From positions 33,852,001 to 33,916,000 of the forward strand of contig CM060731.1 of assembly GCA_030704615.1 (NCBI GenBank): DNA of 64,000 bases. The letters run 5' to 3'. The notes beneath the pieces are model-generated. The model was given only the letters and a program-made list of their open reading frames with translations, did no database searches and was not told where the DNA came from. How positions within the stretch are numbered: position 1 is the stretch's first letter; each line of letters begins with the position of its first letter. Below, piece after piece: positions 13,148 to 23,169 of the stretch. The DNA is from Takakia lepidozioides. Its lineage: Eukaryota > Plantae > Bryophyta. A program made the translations under genes and the position numbers.

Positions 13148-14830
13148 CTTATTGGCATTGACTCTTCCCAGCATTTCTTTGTTAATGGTTTGTAACATGG
13201 CTGTGTTGTTATCATACATCTTTTGTATGACATAAGGTCCTTTCCATGGTGATTTAAGCTTAGAAGCTTTAATCTTTCCCTTTTTCTGCAACCATAGAAC
13301 CAAATCTCCCGTCTTAAAAGTTTTTAACTTGCCTTCATCAAACTGTTCCTTCCTCTTCATCTGAATTCTGGTCATATTATCAGTTGCATCAGCACGTACT
13401 TCTTCCACATGGTATAATTCATGTTTCCTGACCTTAATGGAATCTTGCAATTCCATTCTCTTTCCCCACTCCGTTCTCATGGTAGGTAACAGGAATTCCA
13501 CTTGAAGTAAGGCTTCCATACCATAAACTAATTGGAATGGTGTATACTTAGTGGTGACTTTATATGAAGTCATGTATGACCACAAAGCTGTCAGCAGCTT
13601 TGTATCCCAATCCGTTCTGTTTGCATTGACTATCTTAGCCAAGATAGTACATAGTATTTTGTTGGTAGCCTCTGCCTGCCCATTACCCTGTGGGTAATAT
13701 GTTGTACTCTTCATATGCACAATCATGAACTCTTTAGTCAACAACTTAATGGTCTCATTAATGAAGTGACTTCCCTGATCACTGATAAATTCTAAGGGAC
13801 AACCAAATCGTGTAAGTATGTTCTCATACAGGAACCTTGCTGTGGACTTGGCTGTGTTGTCCCTCAAAGCTTTAGCTTCCACCCACTTCGTAGTATAATC
13901 AGTGGCTGTAATTATGTACCTGTTCCGTGTATTCTTGGCTGGTGGGTTAATTGGTCCAACAAAGTCTAGTCCCCATTTCTGAAATGGTTCCGTAGGCATT
14001 GTAGGATGCAAAGACATTTTTCCAGATCTCTGCAAAGGTCCCAACCTCTGACATTCATCACAACTTTGACAATACTTGTGTACATCTTTGAATAAAGTAG
14101 GCCACCAGTAACCTGCGAGTAGTATCTTTCTACTGGTAGTCTCTTCTCCAAAATGACCTCCAGCCACTCTTTTATGAACTTCCTCCAAAACTTTATTTAC
14201 TTCATGGTGGTACAAGCATCGTTTTAGTACTCCATCAGGTCCTAGCTTATACATTCTGCTCCCTACCATAGTGTAAGGTAGAGCTTTGATAGCGATTCTC
14301 TTCCTCTGCTCCTTACCATAACTAGGTGGGCATTGACCATGAGTAAGGTAGTATCTGATTGGCCACTGCCAATCTAACCATTCATCGGCACTTCCTTGCA
14401 CCTCCATTATAAATAGACTCGCATCAGGTAACTGATCGTCCACTCCTGTGGCGGCCTCTCCTGTTGTTAGTCGTGACAAATGATCTGCCACAAGATGCAA
14501 ACGGCCAGGCTTGTAAATAACTTCAAACTCAAACTCATGCAAGATTATCAACCACCTCCCTATCCTTCCACTTATCAAAGGTTTGTTCACCAGATATATC
14601 AGAGCCTGGTGATCCACATAAAATATAAACTTTCTTCCCAATAGGTAATGCCTGAATTTCTTGACTGCATAAATCATTGCCAGTGCTTCTCTTTCAGTTG
14701 TGCTATAGTTCCTTTCAGCACTGTTCATCAACCTGCTAGTATAGTACACAGGTGAATCTATATTTCCTGTAACATTCTGGGCTAACAGCTCCCAACGCTT
14801 CTCCTGATGCATCGCAGTGAACGTGAAATA
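13148..14830 (-). pseudogene. pol: RNase H and integrase of element A
   Basis: NYSTTEREALAM, HHCC zinc finger (GGHFG..CQSCDEC), WGLDFVGP, DQGSHF, GQAEATN, WKGPY. Frameshift at the RT/RH junction. Confidence 0.93.
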
Positions 14831-15898
14831 CTACATGCCAATGAGGGTTAATCGTGTAGTTGTTACTGACAGTGTAAGTTCCTCAAACGCCTGTTGACAT
14901 TCAGCTGTCCAGACAAACACTGCCTCTTTCTTTAGAAGCTTGCTCAATGGTGCTACTATTTGTGCATACCTTTTGACAAATCTTCTATAATAACTGGTTT
15001 GCCCAAGGAATCTCCTTAGACTCTTAACATTCAGTTGTGGTGGAGAGGCTTTAATGGCCTCTGTCTTTCTGGGATCCACAAGAAGTCCCCTCTTACACAC
15101 AATGTGTCCCAGTAGCACCCCTGAGTTCACACAGAAAGTACACTTCTCTGGATTCAGGCCCAGACCTCTCATCCTGCATCTGGCCAAGCATAACTCCAAC
15201 TTATGCAAGTGCTCATTCCTAGAGCTGTACACACTGAAATCATCCAAGAACACTTGCATGAAATCATCCAGATACTCATGAAAAGATTCACTTATCACTC
15301 TCTGAAAGGTCGCTGGTGCATTACAAAGTCCAAAGGGCATGACTTTGTATGCATAAGCACCCCAGTCTGTGATGAAAGCTGTTTTTCCTTGGTCTCCTTC
15401 TGCCACTTGTACTTGATTATAACCACTAAAGCCATCCATGAATGAGTACATCTCATGGCCTGCCACAGTGTCCAATACTGCTTCTGTGAATGGCAAAGGA
15501 AAAGGATCTTTCTTTGTACAAGCATTCAGCTTCTTGTAGTTCACACATACTCTTAGTTTACCATTCTTCTTGGGAACTACAACAATGGGTGACAACCAAG
15601 TTGTGTACTCTATTGGGTATATAAACTTAGCCTCAGCCAACTTCTTGATCTCTTCTCCAACCTTCTGTGCGTAGTTGGGATTCATTCTGTACCTCGCCTG
15701 CTTGATTGGTACTGACCCTGGTTCCAGTTCAATCTTATGCTGACAGACTTCAGGTGGTATTCCTTTTAGATCCTCATAGCTCCAAGCAAATACATCTCTG
15801 TATTTGATGAACAAGCTCTTAGCTTCTTCAAAGAATTCTGGTTCCAGATCAGCTCCTACTTTCACCATCCTCGGTTCCTCTTTAGTTCCCACATTCAC
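14831..15898 (-). CDS. pol: Reverse transcriptase of element A (disrupted pol)
   Basis: WLSPIVVVPKKNGKLRVCV, MDGFSGYNQ, MPFGLCNAPATFQR, FLDD. Confidence 0.95.
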   Translation of the reverse strand: MNVGTKEEPRMVKVGADLEPEFFEEAKSLFIKYRDVFAWSYEDLKGIPPEVCQHKIELEPGSVPIKQARYRMNPNYAQKVGEEIKKLAEAKFIYPIEYTTWLSPIVVVPKKNGKLRVCVNYKKLNACTKKDPFPLPFTEAVLDTVAGHEMYSFMDGFSGYNQVQVAEGDQGKTAFITDWGAYAYKVMPFGLCNAPATFQRVISESFHEYLDDFMQVFLDDFSVYSSRNEHLHKLELCLARCRMRGLGLNPEKCTFCVNSGVLLGHIVCKRGLLVDPRKTEAIKASPPQLNVKSLRRFLGQTSYYRRFVKRYAQIVAPLSKLLKKEAVFVWTAECQQAFEELTLSVTTTRLTLIGM

Positions 15899-16908
15899 TT
15901 CCTCACTTGCTCATCAGCTGTGATTGTCCAACCAGTCACCACTTCATCCTGTAAGCTCACAGTGGCTGGTTCCTCTAGGATTTCCATTTCTCCTTCTCTT
16001 TCTTCATAGAAATGTGATGGGTAACTGCTGGTTTCCTGTTCAGTTGGTGTTGCTGTCACTACACCACAGCAGATACCTCTTAAACAACTTAGGCTTTCCA
16101 GCCGCATCTCTGCCATTTGCTCCCACTCTGGGTGTGCAGCAAACAGGGTAGTTTCCTGCTCCTCATGTAGTCCTTCTCTCCAGTCATACTCTCTGACTCC
16201 TCGAGGTCTTCTCGCAGCAGGTAATTTACTAGATTTCTTTGTGGTAATTTGTATCTCGTGTATCCCATTATGCACGGTTAGTAACTGAGAATTCCAGTCA
16301 TGGAATACCCTGGCCTGTTTCAGCCACGGATGTCCCAATAATAAGGAGTAAGCCTCCATGACTTCATCCATCTTCAACACAGTTACTGTGATCATAAAGA
16401 TCATCTTCTGTATCTGTATCTTAACTCCTCTTATTAATCCCAATGGCTGTACACTTCTTTGATCTGCCATTGTTACTGTAAATGGGGCTGGTTTCATGTT
16501 ACTTAGACCAAGCTTCTTTCTCAATTGGTCTGTCATGATATTTACTCCAGATCCTCCATCTATCAGTACATCAGTTAGTTCTGTGCTTCCAATTCTCAAT
16601 TGGATTACTGGCATAGAATCATCAAAATCCATGACTGTTTCTCGCCCTTCCGGCTTCACAGTATTACTGGTCACCTTGCTGTTCAGGTCTGTGTTTCCTG
16701 TCTCCTGGGCAATTCGATTGATTGCTTGATACAGCCTGTGCCTACAATAAGGTGCCACAACCAATAGCTGTCCAATGGTAATCTCTGCTTTGGTCTGGCA
16801 TATTACTTCAGCCAAAGTCTCTTCATTACTTTTCATGTCCGCATCTTCTTTCTTCCTTTCCTCCTCCCTCACTTCTTCTTCTCTATCAGAATCAGAAGAA
16901 TCTGCCAC
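15895..16908 (-). CDS. Aspartic protease region of element A
   Basis: VLIDGGSGVN active site and LLLGHPWL. Confidence 0.9.
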   Translation of the reverse strand: MADSSDSDREEEVREEERKKEDADMKSNEETLAEVICQTKAEITIGQLLVVAPYCRHRLYQAINRIAQETGNTDLNSKVTSNTVKPEGRETVMDFDDSMPVIQLRIGSTELTDVLIDGGSGVNIMTDQLRKKLGLSNMKPAPFTVTMADQRSVQPLGLIRGVKIQIQKMIFMITVTVLKMDEVMEAYSLLLGHPWLKQARVFHDWNSQLLTVHNGIHEIQITTKKSSKLPAARRPRGVREYDWREGLHEEQETTLFAAHPEWEQMAEMRLESLSCLRGICCGVVTATPTEQETSSYPSHFYEEREGEMEILEEPATVSLQDEVVTGWTITADEQVRK

Positions 16909-16938
16909 AGGATCAGTATGCAGTACTATGCATTTCCC

Positions 16939-19047
16939 TTATGGTATCTGCACTTCCTTGTGCAGTTCCTTCTCCTCTCTCCAAGCCTCATCATCTTCAG
17001 GTATATCACTGCCACCTTCATTATCATCATCTTCCTCAACTACCGGAGGTATTAATTTAGCTTTGCTTCTGGTTACTATCATTGTACTTACTTCTGGTAC
17101 AACACATGGCCTAACCATGTGAGTTGCCACCACTGGGCCCTCATTCACCGGAGCTCTCATCTCATTCTGGTGTCTTATCCAGAATGAACAGGCTGCCTTG
17201 CGATGTCCTGGCTGATTACAATAGTAACATAGTTCTTCACCATTGGGTCCTCGCCATTGGTCTGCTCTTGGATTATTTCTGTAATCCTGATTCCCGGGCT
17301 GGTAATTCCCCCTTGGATTACCCTGATAGTTGCATCTGGAATTTCCTTGGTAATTCCCTCTTGAATTACCTCTTCCTTCCATGCCATTGTTATAACCACC
17401 AGACCTACCATAATGGTCCTGATCATTGTTTCTTCTTGGCTGGGGCTGCACCTGATGCACCCTTACTTGCCTAGGTTCTCTTGCAGCTGTCCTTCTGTTG
17501 TAGTAACAATTCTCAGTAGAATGGTTATCCATTTTACAGATAGTACAGTGTTTCTCCTTCATGTGGCATTCTGTGGTGGTATGGCCTTCATTTTGGCACT
17601 TTGCACACCATACACCTTTCCTCCAATGTGTTGCAGCCTCTGTGGCATACTTCTTCAAGATTTCTTCCAATCTTTTTTCATAGTTATCCCTCTTCAACTT
17701 CTCCTTTCTCTTACTCTTCCTTTTTAGTTCCTGCTCTTCTTCTTCATCTGACTCATCCTCAGAGTCCTCATCATCCCTTTTCTCTCTCCTGAGCATTCCC
17801 AATTGCTCAATTCTGTTTGCAGTTTCAAATGCCTCCTCCACTGTATTATGGGGTAACATATCCACTTTCTTTTGCAACTCTGGTCTTAGTCCACTCACAA
17901 ACCAAGTCTTCTGTAAACCGGGTGCTGGTATTGCAGCCAGCTTTTTCATCATCAATTCCATCTTTTCCAAATACTCCTCAACAGTTTCATGCTTCTTTTG
18001 CTTTAACTGTTGTAAACTTCCATACACTTCATCCTCAGTTTTACTTGTCCTGAACCTATTTCCGAATGCTGTATTCAAGCCATTCCAGGTTAGGAAATGA
18101 TTATCAGGGAATCTTGCATACCATTCACTTGCTTTCTTGATAAGTGAACAAGGAAACAATCTCATCTTGGCATCATCGCCATTCTCATTGTTCACTATAC
18201 ACATGTTCTCAAATTGGCTAATGTGTACATCGGGATCCCCTTTTCCTGAATATATTGGAAAAGGTGGTTTTGCCCGTGTTGGCTGTAACGCCATCTGTGG
18301 CCCTACCTTCTGCCCACTGACAGGTGCTGGCACCCTTACTGGTGCTGGTCCTTCTGGACCTGTTGTTTCTGTGGTGGATCTTCCACCAAGTGGTGGCCCT
18401 CGAGCACTCCCTGCTTCCGGCCCCACGATATTCACAGTATTCCCAGCTTCAGTTGCACTACTTCCCACACTCCCTGTCCCCCCAGAGCCAGATCCAGGCA
18501 GCCCGCCTGATCCCCCTGAGCCGACACCTTCGTTGGCATGTGATCCAAGTGCTCCACTTGATCCAGGTCCAACGGGTTGGTTTTCATCCTCCAAGTTCTG
18601 CCCTTGGGTTTCTTCTTCACTCATGTAACTCAATTGCAATGGTGTTGGAGAGTCTAAACTCTCCGTTGGCTCTGCCACATCCTCTCCTCCTTCTTGGCCT
18701 TCTGCTTCAGAAACTGGAGTTCCTGCTTTTGGTGTTCCATGCCAACTCTTATCAAAGATTTCTGTCAAATCTTTTATCCAGGGATGTACCTCAGATCTTT
18801 CACCTCGTGATTGATCTTCCTCCCGTACCAATTCCCTTAATCTTTCTTGCAAAGAAACAGAAGGAGTGTCATCCAACTCTAGTTCTTCTGGTATGGGTGA
18901 TGTACTCTTTGATCTTAATGGCGTGAGAGGTCCAGATGATTCCCCTATGTCTATTCCTCTCTCCCAAAGATATGGATAATTAGCTTTCAGATAGCTTTCT
19001 CTTTTTGCTGAATATCTCTGGCGTCTAGCTTCTCTTTCATCACTCAT
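16939..19047 (-). CDS. gag: Gag of element A
   Basis: DPDVHISQF..LFPCSL..ASEWY capsid motifs and three CX2CX4HX4C zinc knuckles. Confidence 0.92.
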   Translation of the reverse strand: MSDEREARRQRYSAKRESYLKANYPYLWERGIDIGESSGPLTPLRSKSTSPIPEELELDDTPSVSLQERLRELVREEDQSRGERSEVHPWIKDLTEIFDKSWHGTPKAGTPVSEAEGQEGGEDVAEPTESLDSPTPLQLSYMSEEETQGQNLEDENQPVGPGSSGALGSHANEGVGSGGSGGLPGSGSGGTGSVGSSATEAGNTVNIVGPEAGSARGPPLGGRSTTETTGPEGPAPVRVPAPVSGQKVGPQMALQPTRAKPPFPIYSGKGDPDVHISQFENMCIVNNENGDDAKMRLFPCSLIKKASEWYARFPDNHFLTWNGLNTAFGNRFRTSKTEDEVYGSLQQLKQKKHETVEEYLEKMELMMKKLAAIPAPGLQKTWFVSGLRPELQKKVDMLPHNTVEEAFETANRIEQLGMLRREKRDDEDSEDESDEEEEQELKRKSKRKEKLKRDNYEKRLEEILKKYATEAATHWRKGVWCAKCQNEGHTTTECHMKEKHCTICKMDNHSTENCYYNRRTAAREPRQVRVHQVQPQPRRNNDQDHYGRSGGYNNGMEGRGNSRGNYQGNSRCNYQGNPRGNYQPGNQDYRNNPRADQWRGPNGEELCYYCNQPGHRKAACSFWIRHQNEMRAPVNEGPVVATHMVRPCVVPEVSTMIVTRSKAKLIPPVVEEDDDNEGGSDIPEDDEAWREEKELHKEVQIP

Positions 19048-19069
19048 GTCCCATGTCTTTCATTTCTTT

Positions 19070-19765
19070 TTAATGTGGCAATAACCAAAACTCTCTTCTG
19101 TAATATCTCTCGTATATGCCTGGGTTTCGTTCAAGCTTCAATGTACCCTTGGTTATACTTGAAGTCTCCGTTACCATATAACCATATGGCAAACAAGTCT
19201 GAAAAGTTGTTCTTGGTGTGAGTTTGATCCACAAAATATCCTTTGGAATCCAATTCTTTACCAGTACAAGCTCTTCATGCATATGAGTATAAACATTCAC
19301 TTTTCTTTCCTCCCAGCCTTCAAACTCTACTCGCTTAATGGATAGCAATGCTATCACATATACCAATGTTGGTAACCAATGTGCTCTTCCTCTACAGGCC
19401 ACCTGATAAATCTTTATCACTCCTTTTTCCAGACCCCATTCCGGATCAGCATCATGTACTCGCTTAAGAATATTTTCTTTACAACCGTCTGGCAATTCCA
19501 AGAACCTTTGAAAGAATTGTTTGGACAATCTTTCTTCCTTCGTTCCACAGGGAATTTGATTCACTTCAAATTCTTTAATCCTCCAACCACCATGATCCCA
19601 CCAGATGCCTGTCACATCTGGTTGTTCATGACTCAGTTCCCCAGTATGGTCGCCAAATGTCGCGCGGCTTTTACTCACCCATCCCTTCGCTACCCGAGGC
19701 GGAAACTCCAAGATAGAAGAGTTGGAAATCTCCAAGTACTCAGCCCGCTCATAACAATCAGTCAT
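19070..19765 (-). CDS. Unknown 231-aa ORF upstream of gag, starting inside the 5' LTR
   Basis: Open frame across the LTR end and PBS. Frameshifted in copy 2 (53671-54365). No motif recognised. Confidence 0.4.
   Translation of the reverse strand: MTDCYERAEYLEISNSSILEFPPRVAKGWVSKSRATFGDHTGELSHEQPDVTGIWWDHGGWRIKEFEVNQIPCGTKEERLSKQFFQRFLELPDGCKENILKRVHDADPEWGLEKGVIKIYQVACRGRAHWLPTLVYVIALLSIKRVEFEGWEERKVNVYTHMHEELVLVKNWIPKDILWIKLTPRTTFQTCLPYGYMVTETSSITKGTLKLERNPGIYERYYRREFWLLPH
19638..19655 (-). promoter_or_regulatory. Primer binding site of element A (tRNA-Arg-like)
   Basis: TGGCGACCATACTGGGGA, 2 nt after the LTR terminal CA. Confidence 0.8.
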
Positions 19766-20619
19766 GACCTACAGCTAGTGTATCATGGGGGTGTTTCCTA
19801 TTTGTTTTCCTTTCCGCATTCATGTTAGCTAGCTACCTTACTATTGATAATTGAGTATCAGTTTGCTCATCAACTCATCCATTCATTCCACAGCTTCACT
19901 CAGATCTCTCTACACAGTGTGATTGTATCGTATAAGTATCAAATTATGATTTATCAGGTATCAGGCCGAAGCCATTGCGTCTCTAATCTCCTCTACAATA
20001 TCACTACAGCTTTGCATATAACAAGCATCTACTAATCATCTCTCCTCCTTCACCGTGTTCTCCATGCTTGCTCTTCCGCCTGATCCCCTCTGATCCATGA
20101 CCAAGAAGTTCTCCCCCCTCGAGTGCTTCCAAAAATCGTCCCCATGAATCGTCTCCGAAAAATAATAATAATCCCCTTCTCAGTCCTTGCTTCTCCCTTT
20201 ATCTTCCTTCCCGTGGCTCTAACCGTTTCCCTCACTAACCGTCGTCCATGAACTAACATGTTCCATTTGCAGGTGTTGTTCCCCACAGTCGTTCCCTGTC
20301 CTGCTCTCCGTTCCCTATGGTCGTGACAGCTGTGTCAAGCTGTGACTGGCTGTGTGAAACTATGACGGGCTGTGACTGGCTGTGCGACTGTGTTTGGTTG
20401 TGTCGGGCTGTGACGGGCTGTGTTGGTTGTGTCGGCTGTGACGACTGTGACGGGCTGTGTTAGCTGTGTCGGCTGTGACGACTATGACGGGCTGTGTCGC
20501 CCCCCTCTACAGTACGCTGCTGTCACCCCTAAGGTTCCTGTTGGTCTCAGTCTGTGCAAAAATTAAGGGTACCCTACAGATCCCGTATAAGTGTCTAAGT
20601 CCCAGACTGTCCTCTAACA
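19658..20619 (-). repeat. 5' LTR of element A
   Basis: TGTTAGAG...GCCGCGCGACA. The end is confirmed by the independent LTR terminus at 47371. Confidence 0.95.
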
Positions 20620-22387
20620 CTCACACAGGTGGATGATGAGGGGAGAGAGTTCGTAGTGGCTTATGCTAGCCGCTCGAACAATGCTGCAGAGTCTAAGTAT
20701 AGCTCATATGAGGGAGAATGCTTAGCTGCAGTGTGGGCCGTGGCACACTTCAGGTGCTATCTATACGGCAATCTCTTCACCCTTGTCACGGATCACCAAC
20801 CACTCAAGTGGTTGATGGATGGCATGTATCTGCATTTCTGTGTATCTTGGCAGCGGAAGGCCAGGTTGGACCTGCAACAGGGATGGCTGTAGATCAAGTG
20901 TCTGAGGACCTTGAGGCCAGCAATGAGCAAGGTGGCGCCAAAGATATACATGAGGATTCAGTTGTGTTGGACTACCTCCGCACTGGAGACACTGCAGCCA
21001 CTGTGACTGCCAAGGAGAGGGATCGGATCCTACAACGAGCCAAGAGGTTAAAGTGGGAGGGGACACACCTGCTCCGAGTGTGGGAGGATGGTCGAGTGAG
21101 GATTGTGCCTCACCCAACACAGCGGGCACGGTTAGTGCGGCATGCCCATGAGGAGTTGGGGCATTTTGGGGTGCGACGCATTCATAGTCTACTGCAGGGG
21201 CAGTATTGGTGGCATGGTATGCACACAGAGGTGCAACAATTTGTGGCTAGGTGCATGGTGTGTGACAGGGTGCGTGCTTCATTCAACGCCCCTACTCCAC
21301 AATTCACCCTCTTCCGATCATGGGATTGGGTTACAGGTGGAGTCTTGACTTCGCAAGGCCGTTGCCACTGACCATGCGCCACAACAAGTACGTGTTGGTG
21401 ATGGTGGAGCACTTCTCCAAGTGGATTGAATTGGTTCCATTGCCTGATAAGGCTAGTGAGGGAGCTGCGTATGCATTCTTGGATTGTGTGCTTAGCCGAT
21501 TCGGTGCTCCAGCTGAGGTACTCACGGACCAAGGGAGAGAGTTCTTGGGGGAGTTTCAGGCTTTGTGTGACAAGGCCTTGATAGACCACCGCACCACTTC
21601 TCGGGATCATCCTGAGGCCGATGGCTTGGCAGAGAGAGTTGTTCAGATAGTAAAGAGGGGTTTGCGCAAGTATGGCTTGCAGAAGGGACACCTAGGAGAT
21701 TGGGACCTTCAGTTACCCTGGTTAGCCATGGGCTACAGGTTCAGCAAGCAAGCATCACTTGCCTCCTTCTCACCATACTTTCTTCTCTTTGGCCGAGAGC
21801 CGGATTTGCCTACATCCATTCGCAGAGAAGCTGCTACAGTTCTTAACCTTGACGATCCGGACGTGTGGGCACGTGCATGTGAGCAGCGTGCAGAGTTGTT
21901 CAAGAGAGTCATGCCCATGGCTTTCGAGAACCTTGCCATTGCACAACACCGTGATACGTTGAGGTATGCTACCATACGTGGTGGGGGCTATCGTCCTGGG
22001 GTTTGGAGATTCAACCCTGGTGACTATGTCTATCTGCAGCAGACTGCTCCTACGACCCTGGATGTGACTGCAGGACGTGTTATTTTGAGGGTTCGAGAGG
22101 TCTTGCCCTCAGGCGTCTTGGTCTTGGAGGGTCGGGATGGCATAACTTGGAAGGACCATGTGCGTAATTGTGCGCCATGTCACCTTCCGAATGTCGATGG
22201 CAGGATTGACCCAAACCTGGCAGTGGTATCTGCAGGTTTGAGGTGCATGTTGTGTGGGTCTGCTAAAGGGGCAGCCACCATGCTGGTGTGTGATCGATGC
22301 TCTAGAGGTTGGCATATGGGATGCTTGACTCCACCTCTTGAGATGGTTCCGGATGGGGATTGGTTATGTCCACAATGCATTGGATAG
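20620..22387 (+). pseudogene. pol: RNase H-integrase-PHD finger of element B (frameshifted; ~175-bp deletion relative to copy 2)
   Basis: HEELGHFG..CMVC, WSLDF, DQGREF, GLAERVV. C-terminal CMLC..CDRC..WHMGCLTPPL..VPDGDWLCPQC (C4HC3). Confidence 0.9.
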
Positions 22388-22646
22388 TGGGAGTGGAAAC
22401 AACCATGGAAGGCTAACAAGCAACGCAAGGCCCACCTACAGGATACCTTGAATACACGAAGTCCTGGCTCAAGTTCACAGATTGCAAGACGGCGACTAAC
22501 GATGGGGCTACTCTTGTACCCGGCCTCTTGGTCTATAGAGTTTGAGTACGATAGGGACAGTGATAGAGGACTTAGTACGGCTATGGCTATTACGTCTTGT
22601 AGCTATCTTGAGGTAGAGGGACCTACCCACCAGCTAGGGGGGCGAT

Positions 22647-23169
22647 TGTGGCAGACTACTTTATTGTGCATATATATGTGGTGTGGTTTGGACAGCGATG
22701 TAGTTGTGTAGCGATATGTATGCGCACGACAGCTGTCAAGTTAAATAAGCATAGTGTGAAAACAACTAGAATAAAGCTAGTTATTTGTATTTAACACTTG
22801 GATTTAGGTCAAGTGTTAAATCAGGTGTCAAGTTTAGTCTGACACCTGAACGGCCTTATCTTCACGAGAGCGGCAGTCGCGTGGCTCATCTCTCTCGAGT
22901 TGAGCCTGCGCGACCGAGCTCCTTCATCGTTTAGGACTGAGTGTGCTCATGATGGGAGTGTAGGTTGTTGTGGGGTGGAGTCCCCACAGCTTGGGGTGCC
23001 CCTGGCTCGACTTCCGTTTTAACGAGTGATAGCGATGGATTTCATGTTGTTTCTGGTGTGAACAGTGTGTCTCTTAGCTTGTTCTATCTATTGTAGCAGA
23101 CTACTTTATTGTGCATATATATGTGGTGGACAGCGATGTAGTTGTGTAGCGATATGTATGCGCACGACA
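22647..23169 (+). repeat. 3' LTR of element B with an ~80-bp direct repeat at both ends
   Basis: Follows the PPT. 22647-22731 is repeated at 23092-23169. Same structure at 57366-57894. Confidence 0.7.

Larger units (their letters stand above)
1..20619 (-). mobile_element. Element A copy 1: non-chromovirus Ty3/gypsy LTR retrotransposon with extra ORFs; 3' LTR runs about 19 bp off the left edge; interrupted by M1
   Basis: Two ~0.96-kb LTRs (TG..CA), PBS, PPT, and gag-PR-RT-RH-INT order on the minus strand. No chromodomain after the integrase. Confidence 0.95.
20620..23169 (+). mobile_element. Element B copy 1: 3' part of a Ty3/gypsy element with a PHD-finger integrase, interrupted by A within RNase H
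   Basis: RH (VAYASR..YSSYEGECLA), INT, PHD, PPT AGGGGGGCGA and an LTR with TG..CA ends. Confidence 0.88.
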
